From an uncultured Bacteroidales bacterium (GTDB lineage: Bacteria; Bacteroidota; Bacteroidia; Bacteroidales; UBA10428), in assembly GCA_964633185.1 (NCBI GenBank), contig CAZWFM010000001.1, positions 1-33,689 on the forward strand: a DNA stretch of 33,689 nucleotides, given 5' to 3'. Below are positions 15,733 to 24,234 of this stretch, in pieces. Positions within the stretch are counted from its first letter, which is position 1; each line of letters begins with the position of its first letter. A program made the translations under genes and the position numbers. Under the pieces are notes generated by a model, which was given only the letters and a program-made list of their open reading frames with translations, was not told where the DNA came from and did not search any database.

Positions 15733-17676
15733 TTAGGCAATGATCAGTATTTCAGTGTTAATAACAATTGGTTTGGATGATTCAAATTTAGAATAAATCA
15801 CAGTCGTATCCTGAATTGAGTAGAATCCTGATGAATAATATCCCAGAATCGGATTCCTCTGACCTTTTATCAATTCAATGCGAAGTTTCTTATCGGTTTT
15901 TATTTCGGTAGTGCGGGCAGGGGAACATTTTAATAAGAATACATTATTATTTTTTCTTTCGATTGTAACTTCAGGAGAAAGATGATGACATAACTCAAAC
16001 TGATGAAGTTTACCATCCGATATATCCAGGGTATCTTGTATTAAAAATCTGTTTTCAGTTTTATTGAATACAATACTGCGCGTATGTATGACCCCATTTT
16101 TCACATAACCATCATGGCTTGCCCTGATCTCTTCTGTTAATTCATTCTGGTTACAACGAAGGACTTTCGATCGATAATGGTCATTCCAGAGAGATGGACC
16201 TTTGTATAATGCCTGATCATGGTTATCAACTCTGATAGTATTATGGGCCAGTGTCCCTTTAAAATATTTTCGAAAGTCCTGCTGAGTATGTATGGTATAT
16301 GTTCCGCAATCAACAATTATTGGAATGCCATCGACATGGAGAACATACGATAATGCATCGGCATGACCATGAGCTGCAATCGAAAGATATCCAAGCGGAG
16401 CCGCATTGAAATGCAATAGTATTTCCTTATATGCTGAAGATTTTCTAAAAAAGAAATGGCCTTCATCCGGATAAAATTTTGATTTGACATTTTCAGGGAA
16501 AAAGGTATCCACATCTTTAAATTCTGTTTGATATGTATTCCCGAAAAATAGTTGATTTCGGCAATCGTATCCGGAACATTTACTTTTAAAATCCGGTTCA
16601 CGAAACAAAATTGATCCGGTGGTAAGCAAGGATCTGAAATTATACAAATGATCATCATTTTCGAAAAACAAAGCATGTCCGTCATCTGCGTCACCATATC
16701 GTATTAAATTTCCTCTACTATCAATAAGTTGAAAGATATAGTTAAACATTTCATGTAAACGCTCATTGTATTGATTTGGAAAACTGTTTTCTGTTCGTCC
16801 TGCATAAAACCAGGAAAGGAGAAATAGATCCGTAATATATTGAATATAGCCGGAAGTTTCTTCACGGTTTATTCCATTTTTGGAATGTTGTTTGATTATT
16901 TCTTTTTCTAATTCGGATTTGCTGAATTTTTTCCACTTCCCGGATTCCTTAAAATTCCAGAAGCTGGAAGCAATAAATAATCCGGCTAATTCTGCAATAA
17001 GATGATTGTTGGCAGATGAAAAACGTGAGAGTGAAGAGCGAATTCGTTTGCAGTGCGCATATATAACAGGGACCCATTTTTGAGTTATAAAATGGTCAAG
17101 GTTTTTCGATTTTTTTGTTATTGATTGAATATCAAGGATATCCCAGGTAATAGCCCAGTTAATGAGTCTTAATCCCAGTTCGATATTGCTATACCAGTTA
17201 ATTCCGATCATATAGGGATTGTCGTCTATCCATGATAATATCAGGTCCTTTATCAGGTTAAGATATTTTTCATCGCCTGATACCCGATACTTGAGTGCAA
17301 TCTGTGGCAGGAATTGCATCCTGTTCAGTTCCCATACATGCTTTGCGCTCATATTATTAAATCCGCGGGTATTGATTTTTTTTGAAAAAACCTTTGGGAA
17401 TTCAAGTTTGGAATAAGGATCGAAGTGCCAGTTGTATTTGTTCTTTAATGGTATTTGCTGATCAAATAGTTTGATACTGCTTATATCTTGATCATAATTG
17501 ATGTGATCCGTATTGAATATTGTATTGTAACCTGCATAGTAACAATTTTTGAAATCCTTGCCTTTCTTAGATTCAGCCAGCTTATTCACTAAGGCAATTC
17601 TCAGTCTGTAAATAAATTCCTGTGAAGACATTGATCCGATACGCGCCAGATACCATTTTATGCTTATATTCATCAT
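15733..17676 (-). CDS. Heparinase II/III-like protein, predicted cytoplasmic
   Basis: 647 aa. NWYSNIELGLRLINW and SSANNHLIAELAGL fit an N-terminal alpha/alpha toroid. AAHGHADALSYVLHVDGIPIIVDCGTYTI and GTLAHNTIRVDN are typical of the Hepar_II_III C-terminal domain. The N-terminus MMNISIKWYLARIGSMSSQEF has no hydrophobic signal. Confidence 0.75.
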   Translation of the reverse strand: MMNISIKWYLARIGSMSSQEFIYRLRIALVNKLAESKKGKDFKNCYYAGYNTIFNTDHINYDQDISSIKLFDQQIPLKNKYNWHFDPYSKLEFPKVFSKKINTRGFNNMSAKHVWELNRMQFLPQIALKYRVSGDEKYLNLIKDLILSWIDDNPYMIGINWYSNIELGLRLINWAITWDILDIQSITKKSKNLDHFITQKWVPVIYAHCKRIRSSLSRFSSANNHLIAELAGLFIASSFWNFKESGKWKKFSKSELEKEIIKQHSKNGINREETSGYIQYITDLFLLSWFYAGRTENSFPNQYNERLHEMFNYIFQLIDSRGNLIRYGDADDGHALFFENDDHLYNFRSLLTTGSILFREPDFKSKCSGYDCRNQLFFGNTYQTEFKDVDTFFPENVKSKFYPDEGHFFFRKSSAYKEILLHFNAAPLGYLSIAAHGHADALSYVLHVDGIPIIVDCGTYTIHTQQDFRKYFKGTLAHNTIRVDNHDQALYKGPSLWNDHYRSKVLRCNQNELTEEIRASHDGYVKNGVIHTRSIVFNKTENRFLIQDTLDISDGKLHQFELCHHLSPEVTIERKNNNVFLLKCSPARTTEIKTDKKLRIELIKGQRNPILGYYSSGFYSIQDTTVIYSKFESSKPIVINTEILIIA

Positions 17677-18121
17677 TCAGACGTTAACTTTGAGCAGATA
17701 CAATTACAATATTAAATCTTACATCTAACATATCTGTTAATGGGTTATTGATTTAAGGTGAAATACTTACTTTTAATTATGGTTGAAAATTCATTCAGGC
17801 AGACAGACAGAGTTAGTACTGTAAAATTATATCCATGAGTTCTTTATAACAACTTGTTTGTCAAATTGATCCTTATGTTTATCAACTTTATTAACACATC
17901 CGGTATATTCGTATGGTCATGCCTTCCAAATCAGCTCCCGTAATGAATATTCCGATGAAAAGAGAAACAGTTAAATCTGGTTGCCACTAAGGATATCTAC
18001 ATTCTTTTTTTTGGCAGTTTAGTCACTATTATTCAGAACGAATAAAAATCAGCTTAGAATTTTTTTATCACAGGCAAAAACTTCGCTCCTTCGGATAAAT
18101 CAAAAAAAGTACTTTGATACA

Positions 18122-19141
18122 TCACTTCATAAAATATTTTACATACAGGTATGTAAAGAATTCTTTATATACTTCTTCGATCGTATTTTGTTTTTTCCAG
18201 TAGTAAACGGAATAAAAATCAGGATCTATTGGAGATATAATGCCCACGTCAAATGATGGGCCCATTACTTTTTTATAGGTAAGCCATGATCGTCTTGCAT
18301 GAATTCCCAATGAAATTATATTGAAATTTTCATCCGTAAGATGATGATCAGCCCAGTTTTTAAATTCTTCAACCGATCCAAGTGTCTTATTATGTGAGTT
18401 TTTATTGTATGCTAAAGCAATCATGTTTTCTGAAGATAACCCGAGTTCTTTCAAATAATTCAGAGTAGCAAATGCAGATGACTGTAATATCGCATGTTGA
18501 GGAAAAGGGAATTCCTGTTTTGTGTTTATTAAACCACTTGAATATATGGGCATATATTGATTGTTAACAGAAATTCCATGAATTATCATATTTCTGTCCT
18601 TTTCTCTGATAAAAATATCATTATCATAAAATATGACGAGATTGGCATTTTCTGCATTGTACAAATTAACGTGAAAAACAGATTCGGTAATCTTTTGATT
18701 AACAAAACAGCCTCCCAGTATTAAGCTATCAAGAAACAGTACGTAATGAGGTTCGGTATCCGTTATACTATCAGTGGATGCGTAAATTGAAATCGTAGTT
18801 ATTGTTTCTTCACGATTTGATATCGGTACAATCAGAATACTTTTTTTGATTAATAATGCAGGATGTATAGTATCTGTTTGCTTTCTTTGATCATAAACAA
18901 AAGTCTTATTATAAGGAGGTTTTCGAACTCCTGTGATAATGATATGATCAAAGTTGTCAGGATTCAGGGTGTCTGCTAAACCTTCCAGTGCCAAAGGAGA
19001 TATCCATCCTTCGATTACCAGGGTTCTTGAATTAACAGGTTTATTTACTGACAGGAAGTGGCAAATAAATAAAGTGAACAGAAAAAAAGAAGCCAGCAAG
19101 ATTAAGATAGCTGAAGCAACATATTTTAAAAGCCTGAACAT
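18122..19141 (-). CDS. Membrane-anchored protein, probably DUF218 (YdcF/ElyC/SanA-like), split by a ~145-aa insertion
   Basis: N-terminal TM segment VASAILILLASFFLFTLFICHFL. LVIEGW....L.......FDHIIITGV and SSAFATLNYLKELGLSSENMIAL...S.NK.T.....F.......NFNIISLGIHARRSWLTYKKV resemble the two halves of DUF218 (VTS.YHM.R-like IS.GIHARRS). Confidence 0.4.
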   Translation of the reverse strand: MFRLLKYVASAILILLASFFLFTLFICHFLSVNKPVNSRTLVIEGWISPLALEGLADTLNPDNFDHIIITGVRKPPYNKTFVYDQRKQTDTIHPALLIKKSILIVPISNREETITTISIYASTDSITDTEPHYVLFLDSLILGGCFVNQKITESVFHVNLYNAENANLVIFYDNDIFIREKDRNMIIHGISVNNQYMPIYSSGLINTKQEFPFPQHAILQSSAFATLNYLKELGLSSENMIALAYNKNSHNKTLGSVEEFKNWADHHLTDENFNIISLGIHARRSWLTYKKVMGPSFDVGIISPIDPDFYSVYYWKKQNTIEEVYKEFFTYLYVKYFMK

Positions 19142-19179
19142 GATCTTCTTTGATAAATGGATATACCGGATTTTTTATG

Positions 19180-21033
19180 TCAATTCATCGTATCAATAAT
19201 CTTGATGTTACTATTATCGATATAAGTCCGGAACCAAAACTCGAGGTTGATCCACTTCCAGATATCCTTTGTTATATCCGTTTTCAAATTCTTATGCGAT
19301 TCAAATTTTCTTATACAATCTTCTGCGTTAAAATACCCCCTTGTCCTGAATGATTCCGAATTCAATAGATCATCTATATAGGTTACAAATTTATCACTTC
19401 TAAACCATTCATCAGCAGGAGTTGTAAATCCTTTTTTATCTCTTCTTTGATAAATTTTCTGAGGAAGAATGTCCTTTACTGATTCTCTCAAAATATGCTT
19501 GGTGTCTGCCTTATAGATTTTTCTTTCCGGGGGAGTAGATAAGGTTTTTTCAACCAGGTTATGATCCAGAAATGGCACTCTTGATTCAATGGAAAATGCA
19601 AGAGAATTATGATCATCCCATTTCAGCAAATGCTCCAGTTTATGTTCGAAATGCTGTAATAACGATTCATTCAAAGTGTTCGGATTGTACAAATCCTCAT
19701 CGATTGTTGACGAAGAATTTAACCGATTGAAGAAATCTTTGTTTACACATCCAAACAGTTTGCTCCCAATATTCTTTTTATATTTTACCGGGAGCAGATA
19801 AAAAGCCAAATATTTAAAAGCATAGAACGATTTGTGTTTCTTTAAGTAATAGGATGCTTCTGAAAGAAAACGCAACAGCTGTCTGGTACTCAGTAATTCT
19901 TTAAAATATCCACCAAAGAAATAATGATAACCTCCCAATTGTTCGTCTGCACCTTGTCCGTCAAGTGTTACAACAACATTCCCGTGAGCCAGTTCCATGA
20001 CTTTATATTGTGCATACGGACCTATTGCAGCTACAGGTTCATTTTGTGCAATAAGAAATTTTTGAAAATCATTGAAAAACGTATCTGCATCAATCTTTGT
20101 AAAGAACATATTCTTTAATTCAGAATTGTATTCGTCGATGAAGTTACTTTCATCAGCCCATTTATCTTTACCATAAACAGCTGAAAACGACTTAATTTCA
20201 TGAAGGCCAAAATCATGATAAAGAACACTGGTCACTGCAGATGAATCTATTCCACCGCTTAAACTGATGCCTACAGGAACATCACTACGTAACCGCAGTT
20301 TTGAAGCAGACCGTAATTCTTCCCTGTATTCTTCCGGGGACAGGTCTAATGGATGGATCTTATCAGTCAGTTTATACCATTGATGTATAGAAAATTTATT
20401 GTTCTTAATTTTAAAATAATGTCCATGATCAAGTTTAACTATCCCATCAAAGAATGTTTCCAGGGATTGATCGGTTCTGTTATAAATAAGGTATTCAAAA
20501 ATAAGTTTCTCATTGGGAGTTTTTGTTTTCAATAAAGGAACAATTGCTTTTAATTCTGAAGCGAATATAAAATGTTCTTTGTCTTTAAAATAATAGAAGG
20601 GTTTTATTCCATACCTGTCCCTGACACCAACAAATTCCTTTTCTATATTATCATAAATCACAAAAGCAAAATCTCCGTTAAACCGGTTAAGACAAGCTAT
20701 TCCCCATTGCCGGTATGCTGCCAGGATCACTTCGGTATCCGTTCTGGTTTTAAAAATATATTTTCCTTTAAGTTCTTCTTTTAATTCAATGTAATTATAA
20801 ATTTCTCCGTTGAAAACGATACAATACCTGCCATCTTCGGTGAACATAGGTTGATGACCGGCCGATGAGAGGTCAAGGATGCTTAAGCGAACATGTCCCA
20901 GCCCAAAATTATTCTTGATATGAATTCCTTCATCATCCGGCCCCCGATGTTTAAGCTTATTCATCATAAATTGAACTTTTTCTTGTTCAACCGGCTTATT
21001 ATTGAAGTTTATTATGCCTGCTATTCCGCACAT
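19180..21033 (-). CDS. asnB: Asparagine synthase (glutamine-hydrolysing) family amidotransferase
   Basis: MCGIAGI (N-terminal Cys nucleophile), HRGPDDEG, FNGEIYNY, GISLSGGIDSS (PP-loop), 617 aa. Confidence 0.9.
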   Translation of the reverse strand: MCGIAGIINFNNKPVEQEKVQFMMNKLKHRGPDDEGIHIKNNFGLGHVRLSILDLSSAGHQPMFTEDGRYCIVFNGEIYNYIELKEELKGKYIFKTRTDTEVILAAYRQWGIACLNRFNGDFAFVIYDNIEKEFVGVRDRYGIKPFYYFKDKEHFIFASELKAIVPLLKTKTPNEKLIFEYLIYNRTDQSLETFFDGIVKLDHGHYFKIKNNKFSIHQWYKLTDKIHPLDLSPEEYREELRSASKLRLRSDVPVGISLSGGIDSSAVTSVLYHDFGLHEIKSFSAVYGKDKWADESNFIDEYNSELKNMFFTKIDADTFFNDFQKFLIAQNEPVAAIGPYAQYKVMELAHGNVVVTLDGQGADEQLGGYHYFFGGYFKELLSTRQLLRFLSEASYYLKKHKSFYAFKYLAFYLLPVKYKKNIGSKLFGCVNKDFFNRLNSSSTIDEDLYNPNTLNESLLQHFEHKLEHLLKWDDHNSLAFSIESRVPFLDHNLVEKTLSTPPERKIYKADTKHILRESVKDILPQKIYQRRDKKGFTTPADEWFRSDKFVTYIDDLLNSESFRTRGYFNAEDCIRKFESHKNLKTDITKDIWKWINLEFWFRTYIDNSNIKIIDTMN

Positions 21034-21197
21034 ACCTATTTATTTTCGCACTTTCAAATTAGTAATAAATAATAAAACATACGGTATTTGATTGAGTAGA
21101 CTTTTTTAGCCGTTTTGACAGGCGTTTTTCTGTTCCAACTTTATTATATTTTGTTTTTATCAAAATCTTATTGTTTTATGTTTTCGCTGAGTAAAGA

Positions 21198-22451
21198 TTA
21201 CTTTTGATCGAGCTGCATTCTTGGGTGCTCAATTCCACGCTCATAAAATCTACTGAAAACACCCAGAATGGCACCGAAATAAATAAAGATCATTGCCCTG
21301 AATGTTACCGTAAACATCCCTCCTTGTGTCGAGATGAACAAACTAACAATGATCAGTGTTATAAATGTGTTTCTCATTTCTTTATAATATCTTCGGTCAG
21401 GAAGGTATTTGCTAAATCTGACCAATTTCACAATCATGTCGGCATAAATAGCCAAATAGAGTAACATACCGATCAAACCTGCTCCCCATAATATTTTGTT
21501 ATAATCAACGTGTAATGGACGTCTTCCAAATACACCACCTGCATATTTTTCTGAAGAATTAAATAGTTCAGATCCTAAAAGTGTTCTCGACCAGGGTACG
21601 TCATCCAACCATCTTTCGTTAACCATCGCCAGGGTTTCCAGCCACCTAAGTTCTTCTTCAACATTATACTCGCTTCCAAAAACACTTTCACGGGCATTTA
21701 ACTGATCCATTAAAATCTCCTGATAGAAGGGGAAGGTGAGAGCCAGAATTGTTGCCGTGATCAGGAATATACTTGCAATTTGCTTCTTATAACTTGTGAA
21801 GAAAAAATAGATAAAATAGCCTATAACAGGTATTCCCATAGCTGTTCGGCGCATCGACAATACAAGAAAAACGAATACCAAAACGGACACTACATAGAGT
21901 ATAATTTTAGGAACCGGCTTTTTAATATATGGCAGTAATAAGGGTAAAAGCAACAAACCGATGGATCCTGAATATAAAACGCTATATACAAAGGCTCCCA
22001 TCTTCAAAGCCCCACCATACGGATTTTCACCAATTCCGACCGTGGATGTTACCAAAGCATTTGCTGCAAAAAGAATTAATACCCAGAATATGCTTTTATT
22101 TAACAAACGGAACTGATTCATATCCCTGATATATGCATATCCCAGAGGAAGCATGGATAGACTAATAATTATCCAGGACAGATTGCGATAGGTTCGTTCG
22201 TGATGAGAGGTGTAAGGACTCAATATAAGCAGATAGGCAAAGAAAAGATAAACCCATGGATTAAAATTCAATGCTTTTCGAAAGGCTTTAACAGTTAATG
22301 TTATTGTATAAACAAGAAAAAGAATCATTTCCGAAGTTCCTACACCCTGAGAAGAAAAACTGCGTAATACGTCAAATCCGATCATTATTGCCGGCACCAA
22401 ATACAGGCCATAAATCATTGCTTTTTTATATGTATATTCTTGTGACAGCAT
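21198..22451 (-). CDS. wzy: O-antigen/EPS polymerase (Wzy/O-antigen-ligase-like polytopic membrane protein)
   Basis: About 10 hydrophobic segments and a large loop (ESVFGSEYNVEEELRWLE...RRPLHVDYNKILWGAGLIG). It sits next to wzx with a 3-nt gap. Confidence 0.6.
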   Translation of the reverse strand: MLSQEYTYKKAMIYGLYLVPAIMIGFDVLRSFSSQGVGTSEMILFLVYTITLTVKAFRKALNFNPWVYLFFAYLLILSPYTSHHERTYRNLSWIIISLSMLPLGYAYIRDMNQFRLLNKSIFWVLILFAANALVTSTVGIGENPYGGALKMGAFVYSVLYSGSIGLLLLPLLLPYIKKPVPKIILYVVSVLVFVFLVLSMRRTAMGIPVIGYFIYFFFTSYKKQIASIFLITATILALTFPFYQEILMDQLNARESVFGSEYNVEEELRWLETLAMVNERWLDDVPWSRTLLGSELFNSSEKYAGGVFGRRPLHVDYNKILWGAGLIGMLLYLAIYADMIVKLVRFSKYLPDRRYYKEMRNTFITLIIVSLFISTQGGMFTVTFRAMIFIYFGAILGVFSRFYERGIEHPRMQLDQK

Positions 22452-22454
22452 GGA

Positions 22455-24005
22455 TTATTTCAGTCCAAGTTTAATCAGCAAATTACTTTTTATTTTTTCC
22501 AAAGCTTCAATAACATCACGGTTTAAATTCAATAGATAAGTCAAAGTAAGAAGAATTATTCCGTACAAACCGCAACAGGCTATTAATTTTACTAAAACGT
22601 GCGGAAATTGAATAAATTTACTGAACAAATATATTCCAAATCCGATCAGAACATTTATTGTTAAAAGAGAAAAAAATTTCAGAATGATTTTTTTGTATTC
22701 AATATAAGGAAAATATAAATTCATGATGATAAAGCAATAGAATAAATTCAGGAAGTCCGAAGTATTGATGGCTGCCGGAAATCCTATTCCACCAAAACGT
22801 TTTACACCGAGATATATTAACAATGTGAGTAAGCTATTTTTAGTAATAAGATACCAAAAATATTTTTTCATTTTCTGCGCTTTTTGAAAAACTTCAGAGA
22901 CCATTAGATTAATTGAAACCAATGACAGGCTGATACCAAATTGTCGCATATAGGATGAAACCATGAGTGTAGATCCGGAATCAAATGCTCCACGTTGGAA
23001 TAGCACTGCAATAATCTCGTCACTAAAAATAAAGAATAGTGTACTAATGGGTATAAGGACAAAATTAAGAAAACTGGTTGTTCTAATAAAAAGCTTATTA
23101 ATTCCATCATAATTTTTTTGAGCAAACAATTCACCAAGTTTAATACCAACAACAGGTCCGGTTTGAAGTGTGACAACTTCGTTGGCGATACCAGCAACCC
23201 GGTTTCCAAAATTCATAGCAGCAATTACACCTAATCCCAATCCACTTAATAAGTAATTGCCAAAAAAATTTGAAAAAATCTTGGAGGAATGACCTAAAAA
23301 GGATAAAATCCCATCCCTTATGATCCTTATTGGCAATTTATATGCATGATATGTAAAGCTCCAATTGCATTGTTTGATCAACATCCTGACAAGGATTACA
23401 AGGTTTATTAAAAATCCCAGTAACAAACCGATCAGTATACTGTTTACAGAGAGTATTTTATGAAATAGAATCAGGAATATAAGAGCAAAGCTATTGTTTA
23501 TGATTCTTACCAGCTGAGGCATGGTAAAGAATTTATACAGGGTCAGAATGGATACAAAAAACTGGTTTATTACCATCAAAAGGAATAGCGGGATGGTCAG
23601 GTAAATAATTAATGTGTTTTTTTCAAGTAATTCGGTATTAAACTTAGATATCAGTGTATAGGTATGAACCGGGTAAAAAGCCACAACTACTGCAAAAATG
23701 ATACCTATTCCCAAATAAATGTATAACCATTTGTTAAGGAAGTACATAGATTGTTTTTCACCTTCCCGTGCTCTTAGTCTTATGGCTTCCGGGACTATTA
23801 TTGTGTAATTTAGAAGGGAAATAGAGGTAAACAATAAAGAAATTATTCCAAAACAATAGAAATATATATCTACCTGGCTGTTAATTGTTCCAAAGAAAAA
23901 AGCTATAGCAATAGTCTGAAGAAAGTTAAGTGCTTTTGCAAACACACTAAAAAGAGATGATAAGACTATTCCCCGCTTATAGGTTTCTCTTTGAAATAGT
24001 TTCAT
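22455..24005 (-). CDS. wzx: MOP-superfamily polysaccharide flippase (Wzx-like)
   Basis: 516 aa with about 12-14 TM segments, in the typical position between wzc and wzy. The assignment rests on topology and context, not on a specific motif. Confidence 0.65.
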   Translation of the reverse strand: MKLFQRETYKRGIVLSSLFSVFAKALNFLQTIAIAFFFGTINSQVDIYFYCFGIISLLFTSISLLNYTIIVPEAIRLRAREGEKQSMYFLNKWLYIYLGIGIIFAVVVAFYPVHTYTLISKFNTELLEKNTLIIYLTIPLFLLMVINQFFVSILTLYKFFTMPQLVRIINNSFALIFLILFHKILSVNSILIGLLLGFLINLVILVRMLIKQCNWSFTYHAYKLPIRIIRDGILSFLGHSSKIFSNFFGNYLLSGLGLGVIAAMNFGNRVAGIANEVVTLQTGPVVGIKLGELFAQKNYDGINKLFIRTTSFLNFVLIPISTLFFIFSDEIIAVLFQRGAFDSGSTLMVSSYMRQFGISLSLVSINLMVSEVFQKAQKMKKYFWYLITKNSLLTLLIYLGVKRFGGIGFPAAINTSDFLNLFYCFIIMNLYFPYIEYKKIILKFFSLLTINVLIGFGIYLFSKFIQFPHVLVKLIACCGLYGIILLTLTYLLNLNRDVIEALEKIKSNLLIKLGLK

Positions 24006-24196
24006 ACTTTTGAATAAATCCTGTTTTTCCAGTACTTTCTTAGATAACCTCCTGCTCTGATTGAATTGCCTTCAGGTCCTCTGTTTGAGATTATCTTTGC
24101 TGGAATTCGACGATTATTTGTATATGGCTTGTCCATCGATTTGATCACAACGGCACACGCACCTTTAACTCGTTCATATGATTGTGATGAGATCAT
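24002..24196 (-). pseudogene. Short ORF (64 aa) resembling the C-terminal end of a hexapeptide-repeat (LbH) acyltransferase; probable gene relic
   Basis: KGACAVVIKSMDKPYTNNRRIPAKIISN resembles the usual LbH ending (I)GAGAVV(T)KD(V)P......G.PAK.I... No hexapeptide repeats can lie upstream because wzc stops at 24235. Its stop overlaps the wzx start (ATGA at 24002-24005). Confidence 0.35.
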
Positions 24197-24234
24197 TTTT
24201 CTATTTCAATGGGATTGGGTATGAAGATACTGCC

